Below are positions 1 to 9,049 of a stretch of 64,000 nt of DNA, piece after piece (within the stretch, counting starts at the first letter, position 1; every line of letters begins with the position of its first letter). The notes beneath the pieces were generated by a model. The model was not told the DNA's origin. It saw only the letters and a list, made by a program, of their open reading frames with translations, and ran no database searches. The position numbers and the translations under genes are program-made. This DNA is from a bacterium (GTDB lineage: Bacteria; Patescibacteriota; Minisyncoccia; Phycocordibacterales; Phycocordibacteraceae), in NCBI GenBank assembly GCA_023267755.1, contig JAHFMR010000004.1, forward strand, positions 8,535 through 72,534, read 5' to 3'.

Positions 1-628
1 TCTCACGGTTGGCGAGCTGACTGCGCTCGCTCGAGACGTGCACCGCGAGATTGGTCGGCTTATGGAGAATACGCACCGCCGTCTCGCGCTTGTTCACGTT
101 CTGGCCGCCCGCGCCGCCTGCATTCGCGAATTGCATCTCGATATCGTCGGGAGCGAGAGTCACCTTATCGGCTGGTACGAGCGTCGGCAATACCTCCACG
201 AGCGCGAAGGAGGTCTGTCGCTTAGCGTTCGCATTAAAGGGTGACTGGCGCACGAGCCGATGCACGCCCGCTTCGTGTTTTAATCGCCCGTAGACGCCTG
301 TGCCATCAATCTCGAGCATTAAATTACGATACCCGCCGCGATCGTTCTCGTTGGCGTGGAGCTCACGCACGCGCCACCCTTTCTGCGTTGCATACCCTTC
401 ATACATCCGCCGAAGCAGGCGCGCGAAGTCTTCGGCGTCGTCGCCACCCGCCCCTGCGAGTATCGCGAGCGTGGCGTTACCGCGGTCGTGCGGGTCGCCC
501 TCGCCAACCTCCTTCAGGCTCTGATATTCCTGCACTACTCGCTGCGCCTCGTCCTTATCCGCCCAGAAATCGGGCGATGCCATCATCGCTTCGATCTCTT
601 TGAGTCGTGGATTCGCAGAATCGTCCAT
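1..628 (-). CDS. prfB: Peptide chain release factor 2, N-terminally shortened; 3' end runs off the window
   Basis: Manual translation from ATG at 628: MDDSANPRLKEIEAMMASPDFW...ILAGAGGDDAEDF...EAGVHRLVRQSPFNANAKRQTSF...GGAGGQNVNKRETAVRI; SPF and GGQ motifs. Absent from the ORF track because no stop lies in the window. Confidence 0.93.
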   Translation of the reverse strand, partial: MDDSANPRLKEIEAMMASPDFWADKDEAQRVVQEYQSLKEVGEGDPHDRGNATLAILAGAGGDDAEDFARLLRRMYEGYATQKGWRVRELHANENDRGGYRNLMLEIDGTGVYGRLKHEAGVHRLVRQSPFNANAKRQTSFALVEVLPTLVPADKVTLAPDDIEMQFANAGGAGGQNVNKRETAVRILHKPTNLAVHVSSERSQLANRE

Positions 629-649
629 CGCGGGGAACGATCACTGCAT

Positions 650-973
650 TCAGTGGACGGCAGGTTCCGTCAATCCCTTCGGATCAACACCAACCTCGCG
701 CAGCTTTGCGGCGAGCTCATTTTTAGCATCCATCAATAGTTCAAACTCGTTAAGTCTCTCGTCCGAGACTCCGCTTTCTCGAGCAATATTCGCCCTAAGA
801 AGCACGAGGCGCTGTTCGGCGATGAGATATTCGTTTGTCAGGGCGTCTATTTTCTCCTCTCGCTCTTCTCTCGCCCCTACACGTGCCGCCTCCTGATAAG
901 CACCCTCTACAACAGGAGCCGGAACGGGAACCTCTTCTTCAGAGGAAGTAACTCTCGGGGGGTGTTCATTCAT
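650..973 (-). CDS. Hypothetical acidic coiled-coil protein
   Basis: 107-aa ORF filling the gap between prfB and the tRNA cluster; no recognised motif. Confidence 0.6.
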   Translation of the reverse strand: MNEHPPRVTSSEEEVPVPAPVVEGAYQEAARVGAREEREEKIDALTNEYLIAEQRLVLLRANIARESGVSDERLNEFELLMDAKNELAAKLREVGVDPKGLTEPAVH

Positions 974-1019
974 ATGAGACCTATGATAGTACCTTCCCCT
1001 AATAACGCAATATTCCTTT

Positions 1020-1095
1020 TGGAGCCGGGGGTCGGGATTGAACCGACGACCTAGGGTTTACGATACCCTCGCTCTACCAACTGAGCTACCCCGGC
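1020..1095 (-). tRNA. tRNA-Thr(CGT)
   Basis: Reverse complement GCCGGGGTAGCTCAGTTGGTAGAGC-G-AGGGT-AT-CGT-AA-ACCCT-...GGTTCAATCCC-GACCCCCGGC-T-CCA; full cloverleaf with encoded CCA. Confidence 0.96.
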
Positions 1096-1177
1096 GAGTG
1101 AGGAGATACGACTGAATGTCTTCACTCAGACGTATCCTCCGAACGAGCCAAGAGTATGGGAGTTTCCATACCCCGGC
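1096..1177. repeat. Two-hairpin element abutting a tRNA 5' end, copy 1
   Basis: GAGTGA-GGA[stem-loop]CTCC-GAACGA-GC[stem-loop]; same scaffold as 1603-1677. Confidence 0.6.
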
Positions 1178-1243
1178 ACTCTCTCTACTTCTTACCACAA
1201 GACTACGATTATATCTGCGCGCAGAACGCGCAGACCAATCGAG

Positions 1244-1316
1244 AGCCGAGAGTCGGGATTGAACCGACGACCTGCGCCTTACCATGGCGCTGCTCTACCA
1301 ACTGAGCTATCTCGGC
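1244..1316 (-). tRNA. tRNA-Thr(GGT)
   Basis: GCCGAGA...GCGCC-AT-GGT-AA-GGCGC...GGTTCAATCCC-GACTCTCGGC-T; CCA not encoded. Confidence 0.96.
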
Positions 1317-1404
1317 TTATCGCACCAACGCATAGTAGCCGAATTTTCCTATTCTTTCAATTAACATACAACACGGCCCTGTTCGGACCGTGTTGTATGA
1401 ACTG

Positions 1405-1478
1405 CGCGAGGGACGGGACTCGAACCCGCAACCTTCCGCGTGACAGGCGGATGCTCTAACCAGTTGAGCTACCCCCGC
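1405..1478 (-). tRNA. tRNA-Asp(GTC)
   Basis: GCGGGGG...TCCGC-CT-GTC-AC-GCGGA...GGTTCGAGTCCC-GTCCCTCGC-G. Confidence 0.95.
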
Positions 1479-1527
1479 AAAGAGGTCTCACCATCCTAGC
1501 AAATTCCCTGGAAAATGTCGTGCCGTG

Positions 1528-1601
1528 TGCTGACGGGAGGACTTGCACCTCCGACCTTAGGTTTATGAATCCTATGCTCTAACTACCTGAGCTACGCCAG
1601 C
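1528..1601 (-). tRNA. tRNA with CAT anticodon (elongator Met or Ile2)
   Basis: GCTGGCG...TAGGA-TT-CAT-AA-ACCTA...GGAGG-TGCAAGT-CCTCC-CGTCAGC-A; paired G1-C72, so not an initiator; atypical T-loop (TGC). Confidence 0.88.
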
Positions 1602-1602
1602 G

Positions 1603-1677
1603 GAGTGAGGAAACATGAATACGCGTCCTCGTGTAGGCATGTTCTCCGAACGAGCTGGCGTATGCCTACATACGCCA
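1603..1677. repeat. Two-hairpin element abutting a tRNA 5' end, copy 2
   Basis: GAGTGA-GGA-AACATG...CATGTT-CTCC-GAACGA-GC-TGGCGTATG-CCTA-CATACGCCA. Confidence 0.6.
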
Positions 1678-1711
1678 ACAATTATATAGCCTACCTTAAG
1701 ACACTACCAAA

Positions 1712-3367
1712 CTATACCGGAAACTCAACGACGAAGGTCGATCCCTTCCCCGCCCCAGCGCTCTCGGCGCGGACAGTGCCACCATGCGCGGTAACGATAT
1801 TCTTCACGATATAGAGCCCGTAGCCGGTGGAGTGGACGTTAATTGTCTGCGAGTCTTTACCGTGTCCGCCCTCGGTGAAGAGCCGCTGCTTGTCCTCGTC
1901 GGTAATACCCATCCCCGTATCGCGCACCGTGATGATAATCTTCCCATTCCCTGCCCCGAGCGATTTATCCCGAGTGGAATTGAGGGAAGTCGAGGGGTCC
2001 TTCTTAAGTGAGACGTCAATCGTCCCCGACGGGGTGTAGTTGATGGCGTTCTCGATAAGATTGCGCAGCACATGGTCGCCTATTTCGGCCTTATCGCCGG
2101 TGAACATATAGGGCGCGCCCGCAGGGTCGGCAATCAGGTTCAGTGAGAGCCTCTTCGCAGTGGCCGTAGCTTTTTCCTTCTGCACCTTGTCTGCCACGAG
2201 CGCCGCCATATCAAACGGCTCCTTCTTATACTCTGTCGTCCCCTTCTTCTGATTCGACGCCTTGAGGATATTCATCACCGACTCCACCCCCGTGCGTGTC
2301 TCGGCGATAGCACGCTCGACAAACGGCGTGAGCTCTGGCGAGAGTGTGCCGAAGTCGCCCTCCAAGAGGGCGGCGAAGGCGCCGCTGTCTTTAGCAAGAT
2401 AGCCCTTCACTTCGTGACTGATGAAGCGGATAAGCCCCTCCTGCCGCTCATTGGTATCGGCGAGCTCCTTCGCGAGTTTTTCTATTTTCTCGCGCTGCTC
2501 CACTTCGCGAATCACACTTCCGATTAGATTGATACCGAAGATAAGCACGAAGACGAGTACGCCAGTCCTAAACAATACAAGAACGAGCGTGTCCGAAAAG
2601 ATGATTTCTCCAAAGGAGACAATCGAGAGCAAGAAGACAAGCAGCGCGGTTGAGAACACCTTGATATTAAAAAGATGATGGACCCGTATCGCATATGCTG
2701 CACCAATAACCGTGGGGAGAATAAAGATGGCGCTATACAGGATGAAGCGCGAATCATTGAAAAATGCCGGGAGGATAAGATTGAAGGTGATGATGAGCAC
2801 GAAGGTGATGAGAAGTCCCCAGGACACCGGTTTGTATACCGACTGTGCTTCCTTCGGAATTCTTTTCATCTTCTGGATAAAGATGAGTAGCCCCCCGAAG
2901 ATAAGCGCGGTGACCGTCGCGACAAAGAGAAATATGCCCGGACCATTTTCGATACCGACAACCGTCCCATTCGGTGAGAGGGCGCTCACTCGCACGAACA
3001 CAAAGGAGGTGAGGGTGAGAATCGATACGAATGCAGCCCCAGGGACAACGATGCGTTGGTACCATGAGGGGAACGTAAAGTCCGTCTTTGGGAACGCGTA
3101 CAGAAATTGGAAGAGGAAGAGGACAAACCATACCGCCACACAGATTACCAGTCGCATAATATTGAGCGCGAGGTCTGGGTTGGCCACGTGATAGAACGAG
3201 TAATTCAACAGGCTCCAGACCGTCCCCGCCATAGTGAAGAGGAAGAATGAGCGGGTGGTCGTACTCCTCGAGTCACTCATAAAAGCGGTAAAACCGAGTA
3301 CAGCCATACCGGCAGCGGCCACCCCTGTCACGATTAAATCGACATTGAAAGAGAGAATGTTTGTCAT
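1712..3367 (-). CDS. Multi-pass membrane sensor histidine kinase
   Basis: About 8-9 hydrophobic segments, then H-box FISHEVKG, N-box LRNLIENAINYT, G1 DTGMGI, G2 GYGLYIV. Confidence 0.95.
   Translation of the reverse strand: MTNILSFNVDLIVTGVAAAGMAVLGFTAFMSDSRSTTTRSFFLFTMAGTVWSLLNYSFYHVANPDLALNIMRLVICVAVWFVLFLFQFLYAFPKTDFTFPSWYQRIVVPGAAFVSILTLTSFVFVRVSALSPNGTVVGIENGPGIFLFVATVTALIFGGLLIFIQKMKRIPKEAQSVYKPVSWGLLITFVLIITFNLILPAFFNDSRFILYSAIFILPTVIGAAYAIRVHHLFNIKVFSTALLVFLLSIVSFGEIIFSDTLVLVLFRTGVLVFVLIFGINLIGSVIREVEQREKIEKLAKELADTNERQEGLIRFISHEVKGYLAKDSGAFAALLEGDFGTLSPELTPFVERAIAETRTGVESVMNILKASNQKKGTTEYKKEPFDMAALVADKVQKEKATATAKRLSLNLIADPAGAPYMFTGDKAEIGDHVLRNLIENAINYTPSGTIDVSLKKDPSTSLNSTRDKSLGAGNGKIIITVRDTGMGITDEDKQRLFTEGGHGKDSQTINVHSTGYGLYIVKNIVTAHGGTVRAESAGAGKGSTFVVEFPV
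1950..1997 (-). repeat. 24-nt palindromic element with a nested degenerate copy, in frame inside the kinase
   Basis: CCTGCCCCGAGCGA[TTTATCCCGAGTGGAATTGAGGGA]AGTCGAGGGG; the outer parts join to the exact reverse complement of 15204-15227. Confidence 0.85.
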
Positions 3368-4422
3368 ATGGTCTGAATATCCGGCGCGCGTCGATACGAA
3401 CGTGCTGTCGCTGGTGATGCATAGCCGGTGCGGAAGAGCATTGCTGGCGTATCGCTCGCTTCTACGCCAAACTGCTTCCGTATCGTCGCGTTCGCCCTTC
3501 GTATTTGTTCAAAGTGCTTCGGCAATAACCCTTCCGCACTTCCCCTCTCAAGGCTTCGTGCCAAGAAGAGAATTCCCGTGACCGGATGGAAGGCGAGACC
3601 GTGGCTCGCCGCATCAAGCCACACACGCTCTATCGCTCTCCCTGCGGCAATATAGGCCGACGGACTCTCTTCGGCGATCGTAATGAGACCCATAAGCGGT
3701 GCTGATGCGTAGAGTCCAGTATTCGCCAATCGGGCCATATTCGCGAAACCAATCATGTCCGTGATGCGCGCAACGAAGTGATTATGAAGATGTCGCATAA
3801 TTAGCCGTGCGGGTAAGGGTAACTCCATCGTCTTGATAGCGAGACCTTGTTTGCCCGAGCGATTCTCCTCATCGGTCCACAAGATATCGCCGACGAATAT
3901 CTCCCGCAGTGCTGGCGTCTCGAGCGCCACCTGCTCCATAACCGCCGATGCCGCTGCAACTGCGCGAATGGCCTTTTTGTCCTCAGTGAGGAAGAGTTTT
4001 GTTCCTTTGATTGTTTCTGCTGCCGCAGAGAACGCAGCTGTTACTTCGGTGCCCAGTGGCTGCTTCTTGTACGACTTCCTATTGGTGTGCCGTTCTCGGA
4101 TAAAGGCGGCGAGCGGGTCGGCATCAACGCCCGATTCGGTACAAATAATCTCTGCTGTACAGTAGGGATCGGCCAGGTCTGGGAGGATATGCGCCTCAGC
4201 TCGCACTCCAGAAAGAGACGCTGCGAGGATAATATTCTCGATAAGCGCGCCGTGAGCGATGTAGGTGCCGCTCAATTTGAAATTGAGTATCGGATTATCG
4301 CGATGCGGATCGAGATGGACGCGAATGTTATTGCCGTGAAGTGTAAACGACCACGGCTGCGAGTTATCCCCCGAGGGAGCCCAGACGGCGGTATCGAGAA
4401 TGGCCCGAAGTGTGGCTTCCAT
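3364..4422 (-). CDS. Nitroreductase-superfamily FMN-binding protein
   Basis: AVWAPSGDNSQPW motif, RHTNR, AGRAIERVWL, LFRTGY...ARSYRR; stop overlaps the kinase start (ATGA). Confidence 0.88.
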   Translation of the reverse strand: MEATLRAILDTAVWAPSGDNSQPWSFTLHGNNIRVHLDPHRDNPILNFKLSGTYIAHGALIENIILAASLSGVRAEAHILPDLADPYCTAEIICTESGVDADPLAAFIRERHTNRKSYKKQPLGTEVTAAFSAAAETIKGTKLFLTEDKKAIRAVAAASAVMEQVALETPALREIFVGDILWTDEENRSGKQGLAIKTMELPLPARLIMRHLHNHFVARITDMIGFANMARLANTGLYASAPLMGLITIAEESPSAYIAAGRAIERVWLDAASHGLAFHPVTGILFLARSLERGSAEGLLPKHFEQIRRANATIRKQFGVEASDTPAMLFRTGYASPATARSYRRAPDIQTI

Positions 4423-4433
4423 AGTAGCGGTGA

Positions 4434-5558
4434 TTATGCGAGACCAATCGCTTTCTTGAACATCATACGGATAGTGTCGCGCTCTGCGGTTGCTTCAGGA
4501 GTGTGATAGGTCGGGTCGAATATCGCGTCCATATGTATCTCTGACTTACCGTTTGCAAGCGGCGCTCCGAGAGCAATCCGGCGCAGACAATACGCGATAG
4601 CGACACCCGAGAGCGTCGCGGCGTCGCCGAGCTGCGGCCACGAGTAGAGCGTCTGCCCCACTTCTTTAAGCGAGAGCAACATCCGCGGGACAACGTGGTC
4701 AGCGCCGGCAATCTTGGTAGCGAGTTTAGGCAAATCAGACGGCGGGAAGGTCTTAAATTCTTCAAGCGTCAGGTCTCCAAGCGCGCCGTTGAAGAGCTGT
4801 GTCGAACGATCGAGATCGAAGCGCTCGATCTCGACGATGACTCCGTCGCCGTTGTCAGTGGCCATCACCACCGGGATCCCCTTCTCACGCGCGGCGAGCC
4901 GGAGGCGAATTTTTATCTCTAGATTGTCGGTCTCTTCGATAAGCACATCGGCTCCTGAGAGAAATTGGTCCATCGTCTCTTCAGTGACACCCGCCCCATA
5001 GACCTCTATCTCTGCGTAGGGATTCAGCTGGTAGATATATTCGCTCACGAGGTCAGTCTTCTTGCGTCCGAGGGAGAGGAAGTCGAGGCGGATGCGGTTT
5101 AAGTTCGAGGGAGAGACTTCGTCGGGATCGGCGATCTTGATGCGGCGCGCCCCGCCCATAAGCGCCGTTGTCATCGCGCCGTGACTACCCACCGAGAGGC
5201 CCGCGTACGCGACCGAGAGATTATAAAACTTTTTCTGTTCTTCCTTGGTGATGATGTTGCGATTGCGAGCAGTGCGGATCTCCTGGTGCTCTTCGTGCGG
5301 CAGGTAGTGTGCGAGTGTCTTGTTCCACGGGAAGTAAAACCACTCGCCTACCTCTTCACCGGACTTCCCTGCTGCATACTCTTCCGAGAATGCCTTTACC
5401 TCGGCGCTATGGTCCTTGATAAATTTGAAGCGCGGATTGCGGATGAGGAAAAGATCCTCGAGGAGGAGATCGTAGCGATCAACAACAGTACCAGGTTGGA
5501 GGCGATCACGAAATGCGGCAAACGATTCTTGCGTACGATCGAGTTGTTCCGGTTTCAT
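4434..5558 (-). CDS. ThiF/MoeB-family adenylyltransferase (Rv1355c-like)
   Basis: WFYFPW, RTARNRNII, AGLSVGS, IADPDEVSPSNLNRI, SWPQLG motifs. Confidence 0.9.
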   Translation of the reverse strand: MKPEQLDRTQESFAAFRDRLQPGTVVDRYDLLLEDLFLIRNPRFKFIKDHSAEVKAFSEEYAAGKSGEEVGEWFYFPWNKTLAHYLPHEEHQEIRTARNRNIITKEEQKKFYNLSVAYAGLSVGSHGAMTTALMGGARRIKIADPDEVSPSNLNRIRLDFLSLGRKKTDLVSEYIYQLNPYAEIEVYGAGVTEETMDQFLSGADVLIEETDNLEIKIRLRLAAREKGIPVVMATDNGDGVIVEIERFDLDRSTQLFNGALGDLTLEEFKTFPPSDLPKLATKIAGADHVVPRMLLSLKEVGQTLYSWPQLGDAATLSGVAIAYCLRRIALGAPLANGKSEIHMDAIFDPTYHTPEATAERDTIRMMFKKAIGLA

Positions 5559-5604
5559 ACCGAAATGGTATCACACGACACTACACTACGTGGACGTTAT
5601 TTAC

Positions 5605-7143
5605 TTAGGACGGCTTCACCACCCACTTCTGCTTGATGCCTGCGGGGAAGAATTCAGGATCACCTGATGGGCGGAATACGAGTTTGAAAAGCGGGCGTTC
5701 ATTCACGAACGTCGAGAGCTCGCGATACTCGGAGCTCCGCTCCTTGAAGGCGGCCTCGACCGCACGCGTTGCTTCCTTCTTGAAGATTTCAGACACCGAC
5801 TCGACTCCTCGCTTCTGCTCGACGTTTATTTCGAGATACTGATTTTCTTTATCATCATACTTAGTTACAATCTGGAACTTCCCGGTACAGAAACGCTGTA
5901 TCAAATCGCTCACCATCACGTCACGAAGGTACTCGGGATAGACCTGCAGACCGTAAAGCGTGGTGGCGAGGTCGGATCGCTCATACACGTAGACAAAGGG
6001 GAGCTCGTAGAGCGGCATATTAAGCTTCTTCGCCTCCTTTGCAAGGTTGATACCCGCTTCTGCAAAAATCGCCTTCAACTCGTCATAGGTGTACACACCA
6101 CCGCGATCACCCACTGCATAGCGGATAAGCGGCACGCCGCTGTAGCCGGTGAGAATGACCTCTCCGTCAGGTGCTTCGAACGAGACAAATGCCGGATTGT
6201 ACTGCGCCAGAGTCGGCGTCTTCCGCACATCGCCAAAGATACGGCCGAAGAGCTTTTTATTTTTCATCGCGAGCCGGCGCATAAGGATGGCGGTCGGCGT
6301 CTCGAACGCCATCGCGCCGATATCGGCGGTGCCATAGATGTTCAACGTATCGCGGTAGATATTCTTCATCCCGACCTTCTTTGCGAGATAGTCGCGGAAG
6401 CGCTCGGAGAATGCCTCCGCCGCGAAGAAGAGGCGCATATTAAGCTTCTTCAGATTAATCCCCTCAAACTCTGCTTCATCGAGGACGTCCTTCACGAACG
6501 GCGGGTAGCCGATGAGGATAGTCTGTTTGAATGACGGCGCGAGGTCGTGAAGCGCCTTAAGTATCTCTGCCTTGTTCACGCCCGCTGGGAGTATCGAGAC
6601 CGGGTATCCTCGTCGGCTCGCGATATCGAAGGCTCGATATGTGAGCGTCCCGCCTATCCACACGCCCATTCCGAAGCCCACAATAACGAGTGTCGGGCAG
6701 TCTGGTCCCGGCAACTGTGCTCCATTGCGCAAGAACAGCTCGACGAGCACCGAGTACTGTTCTTCCAAGTTCGAGGTGCGTTGGAAGTAGAAGGGCTTCC
6801 CAGTCGAGCCCGAGGTGGAGGAAAACACGGCCGGGCGACCGAGCGTACCGTCCCAACAGAGATCAGCAAAAGGATATTTCTTAAGATACGCTGCCTTGTT
6901 GGTTGTCGGCAGCTTCTCGAAGTCTTCACGTGTGCGGACGGTTTCCGGGTTGACACCGTGCTCCTTAAGAAAGGCTTTGTACGCGGGCACACGCTCCGCT
7001 GCGTCACGGAAGAGTGTGAGCGCGTTCTTCGTCCGCACGCGCAACCACGTATCTGAATCGCGGGTACAAACTCGATCGGCCATTCTCTGTACCGGTGCTG
7101 TCGGTAGTACAAGCGGGGCCTTCACGTTTGTCTTACTCGCCAT
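5605..7143 (-). CDS. Phenylacetate-CoA ligase-like (PaaK/ANL) adenylate-forming enzyme
   Basis: VPAY, P-loop STSGSTGKP, IGYPPF, YGTAD, PLIRYAVGDRG motifs. Confidence 0.88.
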   Translation of the reverse strand: MASKTNVKAPLVLPTAPVQRMADRVCTRDSDTWLRVRTKNALTLFRDAAERVPAYKAFLKEHGVNPETVRTREDFEKLPTTNKAAYLKKYPFADLCWDGTLGRPAVFSSTSGSTGKPFYFQRTSNLEEQYSVLVELFLRNGAQLPGPDCPTLVIVGFGMGVWIGGTLTYRAFDIASRRGYPVSILPAGVNKAEILKALHDLAPSFKQTILIGYPPFVKDVLDEAEFEGINLKKLNMRLFFAAEAFSERFRDYLAKKVGMKNIYRDTLNIYGTADIGAMAFETPTAILMRRLAMKNKKLFGRIFGDVRKTPTLAQYNPAFVSFEAPDGEVILTGYSGVPLIRYAVGDRGGVYTYDELKAIFAEAGINLAKEAKKLNMPLYELPFVYVYERSDLATTLYGLQVYPEYLRDVMVSDLIQRFCTGKFQIVTKYDDKENQYLEINVEQKRGVESVSEIFKKEATRAVEAAFKERSSEYRELSTFVNERPLFKLVFRPSGDPEFFPAGIKQKWVVKPS

Positions 7144-7146
7144 AGG

Positions 7147-8211
7147 TTATGCGCGGCTGCCCGCAAAACGTTTCTTCCCTATCTGATCGGCAATCGCGTC
7201 GGGTGCGCAGCGATTCTTCTTTGCGGCAGTGAGAATATCGGTGACGGTCTTGCGTACCTGGGAGACGCGACGCTCAACACGGGCGCGGTCATATCCCTTA
7301 GCATCGAGCTCGTCGACGACATTAATCAATCCCCCTCCATTGGCAACGTAGTCAGGGATGTACACGATGCCGCGCTTCGCGAGGCGCGCACTGTCTCTGG
7401 GCGTCGCGAGCTGATTGTTCGCCGCACCACAGACAATCTTCACCTTGAGCTTCGCGATTGTCTTCTCGGAGAGATCCCCGCCGAGGGCGCAGAGTGAGAG
7501 AATATCCGCCGTTTGCGTCAAGATTGCTTCAGGCGAGACGCTGCGCATACTCGGAATCTTCTTTTGTACCGCGCGGAGCCGATCCTGATTCTTCTCTGCC
7601 CCGACAATTTGCGCTCCGGCCTTATGTAGGAGCATCGCCAAGTCAGAGCCGACATTACCCAATCCCTTAATCGCAACAGTTCGCCCTTTGAACGAATCAT
7701 TCCCAAAGACAGTCTTAAGCGCCGCTCGCATCGACTCGAAAACACTCAAGGCCGCCCAGTGCGCTGGGAGACCTCCTACCGCGGGACGTCCAATGATGCT
7801 TTCTGAATGTTTCGCGAGGATCTCGATATCACGCTTTGTGAGGCCTACGTCCTCCCCAGTAAAAAAATGCCCATCGAGAAGCGCGATCCGACGCGCATAC
7901 GCAGCAAAATATTTCTCATTCTTCAACTTCTCGGCCGCAGAAGCGTTCTTCGGCGCCATCAGCACTGCTTTGCCGCCGCCGTACGGCACCTTCGCGAGTG
8001 CACACTTATAAGTCATCGCACGTGAGAGGCGGAGTGCGTCGCGCAGCGCCTCCTCTTCAGAGGCGTAATGAGCAAATCGTGTCCCGCCGACCGCTGGTCC
8101 GGCATGTGTATTATGAATAGCTATAAATCCACGGAGGTTCGTGGATCGATCGTAGAGCCGGAGGACCATCTCGTGTCCGTCAAATTCCGGCAACTGTTCT
8201 ATCTCAGTCAC
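7147..8211 (-). CDS. Leu/Phe/Val dehydrogenase
   Basis: IAIHNT..GPAVGGTR, MTYKCALA..GGGKAV, GEDVG, GLGNVG, GAANNQL, PDYVANGGG. Confidence 0.93.
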   Translation of the reverse strand: MTEIEQLPEFDGHEMVLRLYDRSTNLRGFIAIHNTHAGPAVGGTRFAHYASEEEALRDALRLSRAMTYKCALAKVPYGGGKAVLMAPKNASAAEKLKNEKYFAAYARRIALLDGHFFTGEDVGLTKRDIEILAKHSESIIGRPAVGGLPAHWAALSVFESMRAALKTVFGNDSFKGRTVAIKGLGNVGSDLAMLLHKAGAQIVGAEKNQDRLRAVQKKIPSMRSVSPEAILTQTADILSLCALGGDLSEKTIAKLKVKIVCGAANNQLATPRDSARLAKRGIVYIPDYVANGGGLINVVDELDAKGYDRARVERRVSQVRKTVTDILTAAKKNRCAPDAIADQIGKKRFAGSRA

Positions 8212-8239
8212 GCCGAGAATATACCATAGATTTGTGCAG

Positions 8240-8986
8240 TCAGCTAGGTCTTGTGTACGCCCCGAAGCCGCTGGTCATCGTCGCCACGCCTGCGGCGTCT
8301 ATCGCATAACCCTCGAAGCCGGGTAAGCTCTCGATGAACTCGATACCCTGCTTCCCCATCGCAAAAGCGGCTGTCGCGTAGCGGTCAGCCTCGAGCACGT
8401 CGGGTCCGATGACGGTGATGCTCACGATATCGCTTAGTTTCTCTCTTGGCGCGTGCGGATTATAGATATGGTCGCCGCGAATGTACGAGCCTGAAGTCGC
8501 GATACCCCTCCCCCGTGGATACACCACCTTTACTATCTCGTGGATCTTAAAGGGATTACGGATACCGACGCTCCACTCTTCACCCGCCGCATTCTTCCCG
8601 CCCATCGCGATATCACCGCCCGCATTCACAAAATAATTCTCGATCCCCCGCTTCTTGAGAAGCGCTGCCGTGTTCAAAATCGCCCACCCCTTCACGATGC
8701 CGGAGGGATCTATCAACCCATCTGGGCGGCGGATATCGAAATACCCATCGGTTTCTTCCTTCGTCAGCTCGGCAAGTGCGAAGACCTCTTTCATTTCTTC
8801 ACTCATCTCAACTTCTTTTACTTCTCCGCGATTGATGCGTGATATCTCGCTTGTCTCTTTATAGGTACTGAAGCGCTCGTCAACCTCCTTCAGATAGGCG
8901 AAAGCCGCGTCGAGCGCTTCCTGCTCGTTTTGGCCAAGTATTTCGATCTCAATCGGCATCCCCATACTGATCCTCGTCTCTTTCAT
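8240..8986 (-). CDS. apbE: FAD:protein FMN transferase
   Basis: MGM start motif, SEISRIN, DPSGIVKG, VNAGGD, IATSG, HIYNP, ADRYATA. Confidence 0.92.
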   Translation of the reverse strand: MKETRISMGMPIEIEILGQNEQEALDAAFAYLKEVDERFSTYKETSEISRINRGEVKEVEMSEEMKEVFALAELTKEETDGYFDIRRPDGLIDPSGIVKGWAILNTAALLKKRGIENYFVNAGGDIAMGGKNAAGEEWSVGIRNPFKIHEIVKVVYPRGRGIATSGSYIRGDHIYNPHAPREKLSDIVSITVIGPDVLEADRYATAAFAMGKQGIEFIESLPGFEGYAIDAAGVATMTSGFGAYTRPS

Positions 8987-9049
8987 ACCTTCTATAGTAC
9001 TCCCCAGCAGGCACTTCCGTTCCCCGCTATCTCTCTATAGAATAGAGCT

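Noticed and set aside
1058-1459. Short ORFs over the tRNA cluster
   Set aside because: Shadow translations of tRNA genes.
1528-1601. Initiator tRNA
   Set aside because: G1-C72 is paired and there is no A11-U24; the intron-split gene carries the initiator features.
4434-5558. MoeB/ThiF for cofactor synthesis, or a RiPP cyclodehydratase
   Set aside because: No sulfur carrier, moa/thi genes, YcaO or precursor peptide nearby; lacks MoeB CxxC motifs.
5605-7143. Phenylacetate catabolism
   Set aside because: No other paa genes in the window; context is ThiF, nitroreductase and kinase.
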